From Octopus vulgaris (lineage: Eukaryota), in contig OX597829.1 in the NCBI GenBank assembly GCA_951406725.2, positions 42,594,001 through 42,658,000 of the forward strand: DNA of 64,000 nt, in the 5' to 3' direction. Numbering within the stretch: the first letter of the stretch is position 1; the number at the start of each line of letters is the position of its first letter. Below, piece by piece: positions 14,958 through 29,139 of this stretch. Below the pieces are notes generated by a model. That model saw nothing but the letters and a program-made list of their open reading frames with translations, searched no databases and was not told the origin of the DNA. The translations under genes were made by a program, and so were the position numbers.

Positions 14958-15275
14958 TATATAGACAAGGACTACATTATCAAATGTGACCATTAGAAAG
15001 AGAAAGGTTATTGTATGGTGTGATTTCAGTGAGAATTTACCACATTTGCCTAGAACGTCAAGGGATCACATAGAGGGTCCTCCTTCGGTTGTTCAGTATT
15101 TTATTAACACACAATTAGACCCAGTAGGGCACACGAACATACATTTTCCTACACCACATAACGTGCGTGTGTGTATAAATATGTATGTGAATGTGTGTGT
15201 GTGTGTGTGTGTGTGCATTTGTATGTATAAAAGGTAAGTAGCTACGTACATAGGTAGAGCAAAAGAGAGAGAGAG

Positions 15276-15419
<144 letters not shown>

Positions 15420-15639
15420 GCTGGCGTATGCAAACACTCACTCATGCACACACACCTACACACACACACACATACAGATACAGAGTCCAAAACAGAAAGT
15501 CATAGAGAGACCTCAAATTATGTAGAAAGACCAGTTGGACTGCAAATATGACACTAACATAGAGTAGATAGATTGACAGGTAGCAATGGTAAACATAACA
15601 ACCATAGTACATACATACAGACAGACATGTTGTTTCCGT

Positions 15640-15679
15640 ACTAGTAGCAGTAGTCGTAATAGCCGTCGTCATCGTCGTT

Positions 15680-15728
<49 letters not shown>

Positions 15729-15805
15729 AGGTATTGGTGATGGTGGTATTGGTGTTGGTGGTTGTGATAGTGGTAATAGTAGCGGTATTATCATTATTAT
15801 TATTA

Positions 15806-15864
<59 letters not shown>

Positions 15865-15929
15865 GCCATTTCACGTGTCAGTGCTATCGAGTTCACTTGC
15901 TCCAGCTAATTATTATTATTATTATTATT

Positions 15930-15998
<69 letters not shown>

Positions 15999-16020
15999 TG
16001 TTGTAGTTGTTATTTTCGTT
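15640..16020. repeat. Compound (TAG)n/(TGG)n/(TTA)n/(TCA)n block
   Basis: Directly visible. Confidence 0.95.
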
Positions 16021-16614
16021 GTTGTTTTAGCCCCAGTCCGGCCCTGATTGACATTACAGCCAGCCATAACCAGTCTGTTCTTTCTGCCTTATTTTCACTT
16101 TTACGGTGTTTGTCTACCTTGGACTAATTTATGAAAAAATGTAACTTGTTTTTAAGACGGTATAGTTTGGTCTAAGGAAGATGTAGCTGCTATTTCTATT
16201 ACGCTTAAGCGATTACATTGTCGATGTCTCGTTGGCTTAAAACAGACATACAGAGATACAGTCAGACAGGTAGACAAATCTTGCTACAAAACAAATACCG
16301 AAACATTTGGCATTGCAGACTAGGGAACAAAAAGAAGAACAAGAATAATAATAAAACCAGAACTATTTCAACTTCATAACAGAAAAACATGCCTCGGAAA
16401 TATTTTACTGATTTGCCCCTGTGTCAATCTGTCTATCAGCTTTACTCTTTTTATCTCTGTCTATTTTGCTTATCTATGGACGGCCATTATCTTACTACGT
16501 CATAACGTTCTGCCAGCAGACAATTGTCCAGACCTACTCTGCCTTTGCTCAGCCAGAGAGATTGCCAAAGAGATATAGCGCTGTGTGTACGGTAAGTATG
16601 ACAGAATTGAATAA

Positions 16615-18104
16615 CACTAGGCAACAAATTTCAACTTTTATTTATTTATTCATTTATTTATTTATATTTGTTACAGACACGTAAACTACAGATTCTTAAT
16701 ACATTTCTGATCCTAATTTCATATATGATTATCTAAATTTCTCTATCACGTATAGATTTTGTGTAACCGAAAATCCTTGTAGTTCATTTTTTTTTTCTCA
16801 CCCGCTTCTATTACAAAAGCCATGAAAGCTACTTTTCCTTGCCACATTTTACGTTAAGTATACTTAAATTTACCAGTGAACAGCGGAATTCCGCTGGCGG
16901 AGTTACCACCCCTGCGCCCAAACATTCGCTCAAAACATGTTAGCATTTTGTTGTTACTATCGAAAGACAGTTGCCTTTTCTTAAGTGAGTCTTTTGTGTT
17001 TCCTTTTCATTTGTCACTTTTAGGATGACGTGCTCTCCTTCTGCAGGAACCGACAATACAACAATAACTTCCTGTCATATTTGGCTTGGAATTACCTTGG
17101 TATCTGTTTTCCATGTCTAAGATCTGTAGTTGTAAGTGCTCACCATGCTCGTCGCTCACAGTCCCAAGGCTTTTGAGAGTCAAGATGAGATTTAAAATAT
17201 GCATTTCCAAAGACATTCTGCATTCCATTTTTGCATAAGATTTAAGCATGTTTTCTATGAGTTCACGGTGGTTTTCAGCTTTGTGGTTACCAAGAAAATT
17301 TCTGATAGCTTCAACAAAAGAAGTTATCGATCATTCTCATTGGAAACTAGATGGAAACGATGGGTCGTGGTTGACACTGCAGATCTGTGGTCGTGGTCCA
17401 GTTAAAACTACAGCTTCTAGCTTAGAATCAATCAATATCCATTTGAATTTATCCTTTAAATATTGGAAACCACTACTTTGATGACTCGCATCTTCACGAA
17501 ATTTTTCATAGGGTCAATTTTAATGTGAAGTGGTGGAAGATGTACTTTCTGAGGGTCAATAAGTACTGGCTGTTTCACATTGTGTTTACCAACAGCACGT
17601 TCAGTTCTAGATGGCCAGTCATGTTTTTATGTAGTGCTTCTTGTCACCTCTGATGTTCCATAGATGCAAAAAGCACATGTGCTTTGTGTAGCCCAACCGT
17701 AACCCCAAAAAGTAATGATACAACTTCCAGGTCCCCATAATATTACATATCATTTTGATGAGTCTTCACAACAGTTCTGTTGATCCTTAAGTCTCATTAA
17801 AGTAAGGGACATGTGTTACAGGTATTGAAGGTTTTTTTCATTACTCGAGTAAATGAACATCCTCCTTTCTTTTGGATCATATCGAAAGCCAATCCTTTCC
17901 ACTGATATCGTGGCAGGAACAAACGTTTTCCTCCTGTAAGTAAAATGATAAAAACTGCAGATCGCGACAGCCGGTATGGAAAACTTTGTTTGGCTGGAGA
18001 AAATTCCATTCTTGAAGTCTGGAACCAAGAAGTCACAGATAGGAGATTTTCTTTTTCTACAGCTTTGTAACACTTATTCTGTATTGAAACAAATGTAACC
18101 AGTG
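16615..18104 (-). mobile_element. Chapaev3-like (CMC) DNA transposon, internally deleted and degenerate
   Basis: Minus-strand motifs GDLEVVSLL..LGYTKHMCFL, LIDPQKVHLPPLHIK and MSLEMH..SDEHGEH..MENRYQG; candidate termini cactaggcaaca (16615) and tgtaaccagtg (18104) give CAC...GTG ends. Confidence 0.72.
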
Positions 18105-18114
18105 TGGTATGCTA

Positions 18115-18860
18115 CTGTTCACAATAAAAGCTTGCTGGTACAGATTCATAAGATGTGGTCAGTTGAATGTTAGCTTCTTGTACCAATATACAACAATCGA
18201 GTCTCTTCCAGGTGCTTTTCCATTCTGGAGTTTCTGGATCACAATTGCACGAGTTTCACCATCAATGTTGTATGTCTTGGATGTAAAGCAGGAACAATAA
18301 CTTTTTCGGATTTCTTCCAGCCACAGAGCATCTTGGTTAAATTCGCTTTCTTCACTCTAGATTTTCCTCCAGAAGGATTCTGTCTTCTCGTGAAGGAGCG
18401 TCCGTGACGTTTACTGCCCTTCCTCTTATGTCTCTGCTGCTTGAATGCGGTTAAATTTTTTGTTTATTGTTCTTCTCTCGGTTATTCTCTTCTGATGTCG
18501 GAGTTTTTCACTGACAGCTTTTAGCTCCTGCTTAAGGGTAATCAGTTTGCAAGTGAGTGTCTTCTTTTTGCTGTCTCCAAATATAATTCCTATCTCCGTC
18601 TTTACTTTCTTTTGGTGGGACGTATAGTGATTTGCTTGTTTGTATGCAGTAAGCATCATTACATGACTGATGGGCTTCCGTAAATCAGTTACCTTTTTCT
18701 CTGTTTTCCAAACCCATGATGGTACTTTCTTTGTTATTTCGGTTTTGTTTACTTTTTGAATATCATTCATGTACTGTTTTGGAGTAGTTTTCAGAGCATA
18801 CAGACAGACGTTAATCTGCCAGTATGTGGGTTCATCACACTGTTGTAAATACTCATCTCT
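18115..18860 (-). mobile_element. R4/Dong-like LINE internal fragment (pre-RT region)
   Basis: PSWVWK...LKQELKAVSEKLRHQK..N.KF, ESFWRKI, ALWLEEI and KAPGRDSIVVYWYKKL (RT domain-0 KAPG motif). Confidence 0.75.
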
Positions 18861-18889
18861 ATAGTAGTAGTAGTAGAAGCAACAGATCC

Positions 18890-19545
18890 AGTTCCATCAC
18901 AGGCTATAACGGTAACAACAGCAGCACAACATTATTAACAGCAACAGCGCCTTCTCCATAGCCGGCAGTGGCGTTAGCACTACCGTCGCCACCATCAGCG
19001 CCAGCAACCCTGACTCCAACATCTCCAGCAGCCCCGACTCCGTCAGCAAAAACATCACCGACGTCAGTACCTGTAGCAGCAGAATCAACAACAACATCAA
19101 CAACGCCAGCAGCAACAGCACCAATCACAACAACTGGAACCCAGGCAACATGCGCAGGGACGAAAATATTACCGACACTATCGCCATCCCCAGCGATGCT
19201 AACACCAACACCAACAGCAACAACCTCAGCTCCATCAGCGATCACAGCGGAAACAGCAGCAGCAACAGCACCAACAACAGCAGCACCTAAAACAGTAACT
19301 GGTGCACTGGCATCACGCACCCACAGAAATAGGTTGGATGCACTGGGAATTCTTTCAAACAGCGTCTTTCCAATCATTTGTCCTCCTTCAGAGTCTCAGA
19401 AAGGAGATACATAACATCGCTGGCCAGCCATATCTGGCAACTAAGAGACGAAGGGATAGCATACCCGATCACATGGAAAATACTCGAGATCTCAGGTTCC
19501 TACATGAACGGGACGAAACGTTGCAAGTTATGCATTACCGTTCGC
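18890..19545 (+). mobile_element. Penelope-like fragment: Thr/Ala/Pro low-complexity segment plus GIY-YIG C-terminus
   Basis: TSLASHIWQLRDEGIAYPITWKILE..SYMNGTKRCKLC (19400-19540) is typical of the PLE endonuclease end; linkage of the low-complexity part is inferred. Confidence 0.65.
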
Positions 19546-19982
19546 ACGAGAATCCTAAAAGATTCGCTTGTGCCAGACGGAGATTTTCGGGCCATGCCTG
19601 TAGTTTAGAAGATTCATGCTAGCTTTTTGGAATCTGCAAAGCGGCGCTACAGCCGGTAGCCAATAGCCAAGGTCGACGGGAGACAATTGATTACCCTTGT
19701 AGTTCTTTGGTGACTGCAAAATGGCGGCACGGCCAAAGTTCGATGGCCAATGGCAAAGCGAGATCATTTCCTAATGTTTACTTTTATAGTGAGGCATTTT
19801 CCCCTCCATATTTTGAAGAGGTCTTAGGCCAGCAGTGTTTGGGGTCTGAAGACACGCAGCAATGCTAAACACCTTATGAGCGAGAAACCCAGGGTAACCA
19901 CATAAACCGTTCTCCCCCATTATGATATTAACTGGTCTACAAGAGCACAAGAGCACAAGAGAGCGTGCCTCTCTTCCGGATT

Positions 19983-20075
<93 letters not shown>

Positions 20076-20106
20076 ATATATATATATATATACATATATA
20101 TAAATG

Positions 20107-20214
<108 letters not shown>

Positions 20215-20252
20215 AGTATGTAAGTATGTATTTATGTATGTATATGTATATG

Positions 20253-21112
20253 TATAAGTATCCGGACTGTTGCCATAGTAATGAAGCTAAAGCATGCAGA
20301 ATAAAGCCGCTTGGCACATATTGATCTTGACCTCTTCTCTTCATGAGCTCTACTTTTTAACGTTCCTGCTAACTTCCGCCGTTTACGGCAGCGCTTGGAA
20401 AAATGTGTGTAGCCTGAGATCATCGCAATAACCATGACAGAGAAATTTGAAGAGAGATTCTCCATCAAATTTTGCCAAAATCTTGGCGGTACCTTCTTAG
20501 AGGCCTACGCAAAGTTTTCAGAAAGTTTTCATCGTTCTAGACACAATCAAGGAAACACGAGTGTCTATTTGGTCAGCTGAAAGCAGTTTTGGTACAAACC
20601 TGGCAGACACGCGTCTCATACTCAAATCTTCAATGATAATGGACTGAACTGAACCGGAACTAATCTGCACATCTGATAACTCTCAGATAGTGATTCGACG
20701 ATTTCTCCTCACAGCTGCACGCACATCTGCGTTGTGTTTCTTAGTTCTGCTGGTTGCATGTCTCCCAGAACGTTCGACAATATCGACATTTTTCGGCCAT
20801 TTTGGAAAGGTCTGAACCACTCGTATACATGTGTTCGGCTCATAGATTCCTCTCCATAAACTTCCTGCAACTTTGCGTAGGCCTCTGAGCTGGTATTCCC
20901 ATGCAAACTTTCTCTGTCGTAGTCAATACGACGTTCACACGTTACACACGTTCCTTTCAAGAACTCTTTTAAATAAGGGAAGTGAGCTAGAACTTTAAAA
21001 TTTTATGTATATGCACAGCAGAGGTCAGGGCAAATCTGTGCCAAGCGGATTCACTCTGCTTGCATTAGCTTCGTTACTATGGCAACCATCTGTATACTTA
21101 TTGGCCAGACCG
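20253..21112. mobile_element. Mariner derivative with ~80-bp TIRs and an internal inversion
   Basis: TIRs ataagtatccggactgttgccatagtaatgaagc / gcttcgttactatggcaaccatctgtatacttat; HTH peptide EAYAKLQEVYGEESMSRTHVYEWF on the minus strand and MTEKFEERFSIKFC on the plus strand. Confidence 0.85.
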
Positions 21113-21126
21113 TGCGTGTGTTTATA

Positions 21127-21290
21127 TGTGGCTGTGTGGTAAGTAACTTGCTAACCAACCACATGGTTCCGGGTTCAGTCCCACTGCGTAGCATCTTGGG
21201 CAAGTTTCTTCTGCTATAGCCCCGGGCCGACCAATGCCTTGTGAGTGGATTTGGTAGACGGAAACTGAAAAGAAGCCTGTCGCATATATG

Positions 21291-21338
<48 letters not shown>

Positions 21339-21545
21339 TGTGTTTGTCCCCCTAGCATTGCTTGACAGCCGATGCTGGTATGTTTACGCCCCCGTCACTT
21401 AGCGGTTCGGCAAAAGAGACCGATAGAATAAGTACTTGGCTTACAAAGAATAAGTCCCGGGGTCGATTTGCTCGACTAAAGGCGGTGCTCCAGCATGGCC
21501 GCAGTCAAATGACTGAAACAAGTAAAAGAGTAAAAGAGTAAAAGA
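21127..21545 (+). mobile_element. SINE family A, near full length
   Basis: Colinear with other copies. Confidence 0.92.
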
Positions 21546-21554
21546 ATATATATA

Positions 21555-21647
<93 letters not shown>

Positions 21648-21649
<2 letters not shown>

Positions 21650-22496
21650 CGAGAGGGTACCCCAAAGTAACGGAAATGTTCTCTGTTGGAAAAGCCTGAT
21701 GTAGCTTAGGCTTCCGCTGCAGGAAGCCATTTAATGCAGCCCTCAGACGTCAGTCTGTAAACCGGCGTCTTTTTGTGTGGTTATGTTGCCAATGGTGCAT
21801 CTCTGATTTGCAGTGCTTTTCCCCTGTTCGTCAAATTTTGCGATGGTTGAAACGAAAGAACAGCGTGCTTTTTTTGCTGGAGGAAAAGTCAGCCGGAGCA
21901 GTTGTCATACTTCAGACAATTTACAAGGATGTTGCCATGAGCAAAACACGAGATTACGATTGGTTTTCACGACTGAGGAATGATCATTTGTCGCTCGTTC
22001 ATGGCAATCTCATTCAGGGCCACCATCGACCTTCCGAACGAATGGAAACATCACGAAAATTCATGAACTGATGTTGGAGGACAGTCACCGAAGAATTGGC
22101 GAACTTGTTGATATGACTGGTGTGTTCCAGAGCTACAGTCAACGAATTTTGAACGAGGTACTGCGAATGATAGAAGTGCAGAAAAATTTGTGCCTCGCTT
22201 GTCGTGAACTGAAAGAACAGTAGAGGATCCGGACCTTTTTTCGAAGGTCATCACTAGTGACAAAAGCTGGTGCTACAGAATTTGAAGATGTAGAAGAGCT
22301 GAAGTAAAAAACGACGGAGGCGTTAAATGGCATCACTTTGCAAGAGTTACAGCACTATTTCGACTAGTGGAAAACGCACTTGGACTGATGCATTGCTTCA
22401 AATGGAGAATACTTAGAAGGTGATAGAAGTGTAAACATGTAAAAATAAGTGGGTAAAATAATATTGCAAAATTCCAGTTTCCTTTGAAAACCCTTC

Positions 22497-22498
<2 letters not shown>
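21648..22498 (+). mobile_element. Internally deleted mariner element
   Basis: TIRs tacgagagggtaccccaaagtaacggaaat / attccagtttcctttgaaaacccttcgt; peptides AMSKTRDYDWF, FSKVITSDKSWCY and CIASNGEYLEG; sits in (TA)n. Confidence 0.85.
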
Positions 22499-22575
<77 letters not shown>

Positions 22576-23127
22576 CATCGGAAAAGAATAGAAGATATAT
22601 ATATATATATAAACACACACAGAAAACACCCCCACACATATATAATAGAAAGAGAGAGAAATATATATGTGTGTGTGTGTGTGTGTGCATGTGTGTGTGG
22701 TGTGTGACAGTGAATGTTTGACCTTTTCTTAGTGCATGTCAACAATTACTGGATTCTTTACGTCCCCGTAACTTAGCGGCTCGGGAAAAACAAATGATTG
22801 TATAATTTCCAAGCTTTAAAGGAATGTGTATAGGGTCAATTTGTTCGACCAAAACGCTTTAATTTAGCGACGCAGCATTCCAGTGTCTGAAGTAAGAAAA
22901 GCATTAAAAAAAATATGTATATATATGAATTTGGATGTAGACATACAATAAGCATATAATTTGACATACAAGCATATATATTGTTACAAATACATCCGTT
23001 AATATATATTCACACGCACGAAAGCATACACAGATAAATAAAATATGAATAAATTTGAATTAATTTCAATATACGACCATGTATACACACATACACACAC
23101 ACACACACACATATATATATATTTATA

Positions 23128-23994
23128 TACCAGGTGTTCCAAAAGTCACTATAAATTTTCTTTATACTATTTCGTTTCAGGTATCATTCGGAGAGACGCG
23201 AGGCCATCAGCATGTGACACCGTAAACTTTGCAGTTTTTGTAAGTGTATCATTCCTTTTCCCATAGCAAACCATACCATCAACTTCGAAGAGTCTTGTTC
23301 ATGCTCGAGAATTTCAGCCGGTTTTGATTTTCCCCAAATTCGACAATTGTGTCGGTTTACCCGACCAGGGAGATGAAAAATAGATTCATCGCTGAACCAT
23401 ATATGCTTTCCAAGAACTGAAAGTCGTTTTAGTTATAGTGGTGGAGTCATCCACATATTTCCAGATGGGCATCATAATCTTAAAGCCTTTGAACAATCTG
23501 AAGTCAGTACGGGAGAAGCTTTATCACTCTCCGAAGCATCTGCTGAATCAAGCTTTTGTTGATGCTAAGTTTCAGTGTGGCCACCGGATGGACTTTCCCT
23601 GGCTTTTCGCAAACGCCTGTTCCAGGAGTTCGGTGTTTTCATCAGTGGTGGTAGTAGCAGGCCTTCTGCTGCGTCGTTTGTGAAGAACAGATCCTGCTTG
23701 GAGAAATTTGCTATGGCTAGCTTAAATTGTACTTGGGGTTGGAGCAGTGTGACGGGCACAAACCTTCTCAAATTTGCGATGAAGTGCAGTAGGGGACTGA
23801 AAAACTTCTTGCCAGGCAGTAAAGTTGCAACGCTGCTCTAACATCAATTGGCGAGCTACGGGTAAAGGAATGATACAGTTACAAAAACTGCAAAGTCTAA
23901 GGTGTCAAAGGCTGAAGGCCTCATATCTCTCCGAATGTTACCTGAAACGAAATAGAAAAGAGAAAGTGTATAGTGACTTTTGGGACACTCTGTA
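23128..23994 (-). mobile_element. Tc1/mariner-superfamily element with ~140-bp TIRs, internally deleted
   Basis: Long TIRs 23128-23268 and 23855-23994; minus-strand peptides WFSDESIFHL.GRVNRHNCRIWG and an HTH-like KFLQAGSV..RRSRRP. Confidence 0.85.
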
Positions 23995-24014
23995 TAAATG
24001 TAACCACATGTGAA

Positions 24015-24200
24015 TCGTTGGTGATTTTTCGCTCCATCTTCCTTTTCTGTTGTATTTTCCTTTGTCTCCTGTTTCTGAAAAATAACTTTGCTCGAAACGT
24101 AAAACCACTTTTTTCTCATTCCCTGAGCGTCTTCTAATACTTCGCATGTACCACGTCCTCACGTGGTTGTTTTTACTCATGTGTTTGTTCTCCGTTTTTT
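24015..24200 (+). mobile_element. PLE pLTR-like remnant with decayed hammerhead
   Basis: guuu CUGAAAA auaac uuu gcuc GAAAC GUA aaac (24071-24105); downstream sequence resembles 13830-13910. Confidence 0.55.
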
Positions 24201-24218
24201 TTTTGGGGTGGGATTTAC

Positions 24219-24253
<35 letters not shown>

Positions 24254-24480
24254 AAAGGGGCCAAGAACGCAAAACATCCAGAGAGACGATACAAGGAAAA
24301 CAGGGACGGGTCATTCGGAGTTTTCTATCCTCAGTCGAGTTCCAGATAATCTTTGCAATTTCGGCTGTAGGTATGAAAGGTATCAGGAAGACCCAAAAGG
24401 TATCGGGTAAACACTTAGTAAGTGCTAGGGATAGACCGTGGTTAAGCTCCAACGTGGGTCATGTATCATCATGCATATAT

Positions 24481-24792
<312 letters not shown>

Positions 24793-25497
24793 GTATATAT
24801 GTATGTATGTATGCATATATTTTATCTATTAAATTATTATATGACTGAGCACCCTCGCGTCGTTTCGTTTCTTTTCTCCAAGTAAGTTTTTTATATATAA
24901 TTATGACGCGAACTCTCTAACCCTTTACTTGACCTTTCCTTCCTTCCTGTCTGTCTTCCTCTTTACCTCTCTCTCTCCTTCTTATTTTTCATCCTTTCTG
25001 GTTTCCTTTCCTCTCTATCTCTCTCTCTCACTCCTCCTCATCTCTCTCACTGCTGAGTGGACTACCAACTTCCTGTTGCTCGTAGCTTTCTACAAGTCAA
25101 CACCGACTATTTCTTGCGCTCCGAATTTTTCCATCGTCTAGGCTTAAAAAAGCCCTCAATGTTGGTTCCATTGTCCTGTTTTTATTCTTTATGTGTACTG
25201 TATTTTCTTTGTATTGCTTATACGTCCTGTTCTTGTCACATTTTTTTTCTTTCCTTGTTTTACCCCTCTGCAAAAGAATTTTATTTAATTCTTTTGCAGG
25301 AAGGACTGCTCCGACCGGATCGTGTTCTGTCCTTACCTTCGAAACACGCATTGAGTCGAACCAGGGACAGCTGATAAAGGGGAATATTCCTTGTATTGTT
25401 TGTCTTGTACGGACTGTTGTTAAAAAAGTCCGTTTCTTAGTTTGTTTTTATGTTTTCGTTTCTTGTTGTGTTCTACGTTTATTTGTGGTGCCCTGTA

Positions 25498-25547
<50 letters not shown>

Positions 25548-25664
25548 TGTATATATACATACAGATGTAGGTACGTACATATATGTATGTATGCATATAT
25601 TTTATTTATTAAATTATTATATGACTGAGCGCCCTCGCGTCGCTTCGTTTCTTTTCTCCAACTA

Positions 25665-25722
<58 letters not shown>

Positions 25723-25724
<2 letters not shown>

Positions 25725-26610
25725 CAGGTTGCAGTGAATAAATTATCGTATAAATTACGCAAAAATGAAAATAACACCGACATCTCATTTTAAGGGATAT
25801 ATTTACCGAAGTTGCATAAAAATATCCTGAAATACTATAGAGTAAATTTATTCAATAAAATCGCCATTGGCTTCAGCCACAGTCTCCAGACAACTTCAGA
25901 ATCTCCTGTAACTCTGGACAGTCTCCTTGTTTAAGTTTGTGAATGCTGCCATGACCCTTGCCTTCAGTTCATCTTTAGTGTTACAAGGAGTTTTGTTGGT
26001 CTCTCGTTCAAATGTGCCCCACACATAGTAATCTAAGGGGTTGCAGTCTGGGGAGTTAGGTGGCCAGATGTTATGAGTAATGTTGTCGCAGAAACTGTCT
26101 GACTGCCACGGCTGGGTTCTCCTGCTTGTGTGGATAGTGCAGAGTCCTGCTGGCAGACATATGTTCTTCCAGCAGCCACCATTTTGACCCAGGGAAGCAT
26201 TACCCTCACCAGGCACTTGATGTAGGCCTCCATGTTGAGTCTGAGGCCATGTGGGAAGATGAGTGTAGGCATAACATCGCCATCACTAGCGATCACTCCA
26301 AACATCATGATGTTGACTGGTTGTTTGATTTCTATCACTGTCGGTAAATATTTTGGGGGCACAGCAAACATTCAGATTGACAGCCAAACACTCTATATTT
26401 CTATTGGAGCTTCCGGCGTGAATGCCAAGCAGTACAGCATGTCATTTCTAAATGTCTGGCAGACTGAATTGTGTCATGGCGCTGTTTTTCTCAAAGACGG
26501 CACCCAACTGATCCTACTGTACTGTGTAGTCGACAAAATCAAAAACAAACAATGCGAATTCACGAAATTGAAAATATAAAATGGCAACAATTTATCTATC
26601 GCAGTCTGTA
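25723..26610 (-). mobile_element. Tc1/mariner-superfamily (maT-like) element, internally deleted
   Basis: YVCQQDSA and WPPNSPDCNPLDYYVW motifs; TA-flanked TIRs tacaggttgcagtgaataaatt / aatttatctatcgcagtctgta. Confidence 0.87.
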
Positions 26611-26639
26611 TATGTGCGTGTGTATATATGTGTATGTGT

Positions 26640-26815
26640 GAGTGTGTGTCTTTGTGTCTCTGTCCGTCATCACCACTTTGACAACCGAAGCTAGCATATT
26701 TACATCGCCGTAATATTGCAGTTCGGCAAAAGACATCAATAGAATAAATACAAGGCTTAGAAAAATAAGTACTTGGGTTGATTCATTTATTGAAAATTCT
26801 TCGAGGTAATGCCCC
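26640..26815 (+). mobile_element. SINE family A, decayed 3' half
   Basis: ttgacaaccg...gttcggcaaaagac...aataagtact. Confidence 0.7.
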
Positions 26816-26863
<48 letters not shown>

Positions 26864-26999
26864 TGAAATATTGACAGATAGAGATATAGATAGATAAACG
26901 TGAGATAGATACACACACACAAGCAGACATACATTTATAATGATAAATACCGATGGTGGTGGTACTGGTAATGGTGATGGTTGAAAACGATCAAGAAAA

Positions 27000-27070
<71 letters not shown>

Positions 27071-27500
27071 AGGCACAAAAAAATTATACTGACCCCCGGA
27101 TGGGAAAACAAAAATGCAGCTTTACAATAAATTCCAAGTCGACAAATTATATCATTATGCAGTTGAAATTTGTTCATTGCTTGAAAAATATTGGTCAAGT
27201 TTAATAAAAATTTAAGATGTACTCAATGGATGAAGTGTCACTGTTGGGCCCAAGGCCCAATGGAGAGCCCTCCATAGGAGCTAGGATAAAAGCCAGTCCG
27301 TATATACATGTAAGTATACATTTCTGTGTGCGCGTCAGATTCGTCAACTAGCTACGCTTCGCAAAGGGCTAGTTTACATCCCTGCGACTTAAAGGTTCGG
27401 CAAATAAGATAGAAAGCATAAGTGTTCCGGTTCGATTTTCTTTACAAAACACTGCAAGATTGTGCACCAGCACAATCCAATATCTAAAACAGTGGAAGAG

Positions 27501-27635
<135 letters not shown>

Positions 27636-27814
27636 AGTCTGTCTCTTTGTCTCTCTGCCTGCATGCATACCTGTCTGTCGATCTCTCTATCTGTCAGTTT
27701 ATATATGCGCATACACACACATATGTATGTATTTATATATAGACATATACATATATATGGTATATATATATACACATATGTAGGTATATTCATATATATA
27801 CATACATGCACATT

Positions 27815-27853
<39 letters not shown>

Positions 27854-27921
27854 GTATATAATGTATATATCTTTATTCCTGCATATATATATATAAATAT
27901 ATATATATACACACACACACA

Positions 27922-27959
<38 letters not shown>

Positions 27960-28171
27960 TACACACACACACATTTATATATATTTAGATATACATGCAC
28001 ACACACATATATATTTGCAAACGTGTGTGTATATATATACACACACACACACACACACCTGTAAATTGCGTTTTGACAGTTTTCGTTTGTTGTGTTTTTC
28101 TGTTGTACATTTGATATAATCTACACACACACATATATATATATGTATATCTATATGTTTATATACGTATA

Positions 28172-28263
<92 letters not shown>

Positions 28264-28772
28264 TGTATGCATACACATATACACATTAATTTATTCTGTC
28301 GACGTTACAATATCGGTACTTATTCTATTATTCTCTCAGTATTATAGTGCTACTAAATTATGTCTTTTCTCAGCAGCTACGCAGAAATTAATTGTAAATT
28401 TAAACATTGATAGAAGCGTATAATAAACAAATGCATTGCAAAAAAAAAAATTATCGTGTATATTACACCTATGTAAAGTTAGAGAATCCCAATAGCTATA
28501 ACATCGGTGTATTTATTTCGGCATCGAGCAAAAACACAAAAGCGATGAATGCCCAGTGCTACATTCACACGAATGCATAAGCATAAACGAGCAAAAGCGT
28601 TAAAGAAAATGCAGGCATGAATACACGGATCTGTGTAGTATGTCCTATGACTCGGTACGTAATGTAAGACATGTTTATGCATAATCATTAACACAAACAC
28701 ACAAAAACGTAGAGATATATATATATATACACATACATACATACATACACACACATATATATAAATATATAA

Positions 28773-28807
<35 letters not shown>

Positions 28808-28943
28808 AACATACACATATATAGTTATATATGTGTATATCTATCTGTCTATCTATCTATATATCTATAAATCAATCTGTCTATTTATGTACCTATTCAT
28901 CTATTCACAAGTATACAGATATCTGTATATATATATATATATG

Positions 28944-29024
<81 letters not shown>

Positions 29025-29139
29025 GTATATATATATGTATATGTATATATATGTATATATATATACATATATATAGTTAAATACACAAACATGCTCGCAC
29101 ACAGACGTGCACGCACACAATCACACACAAACGTAATCA

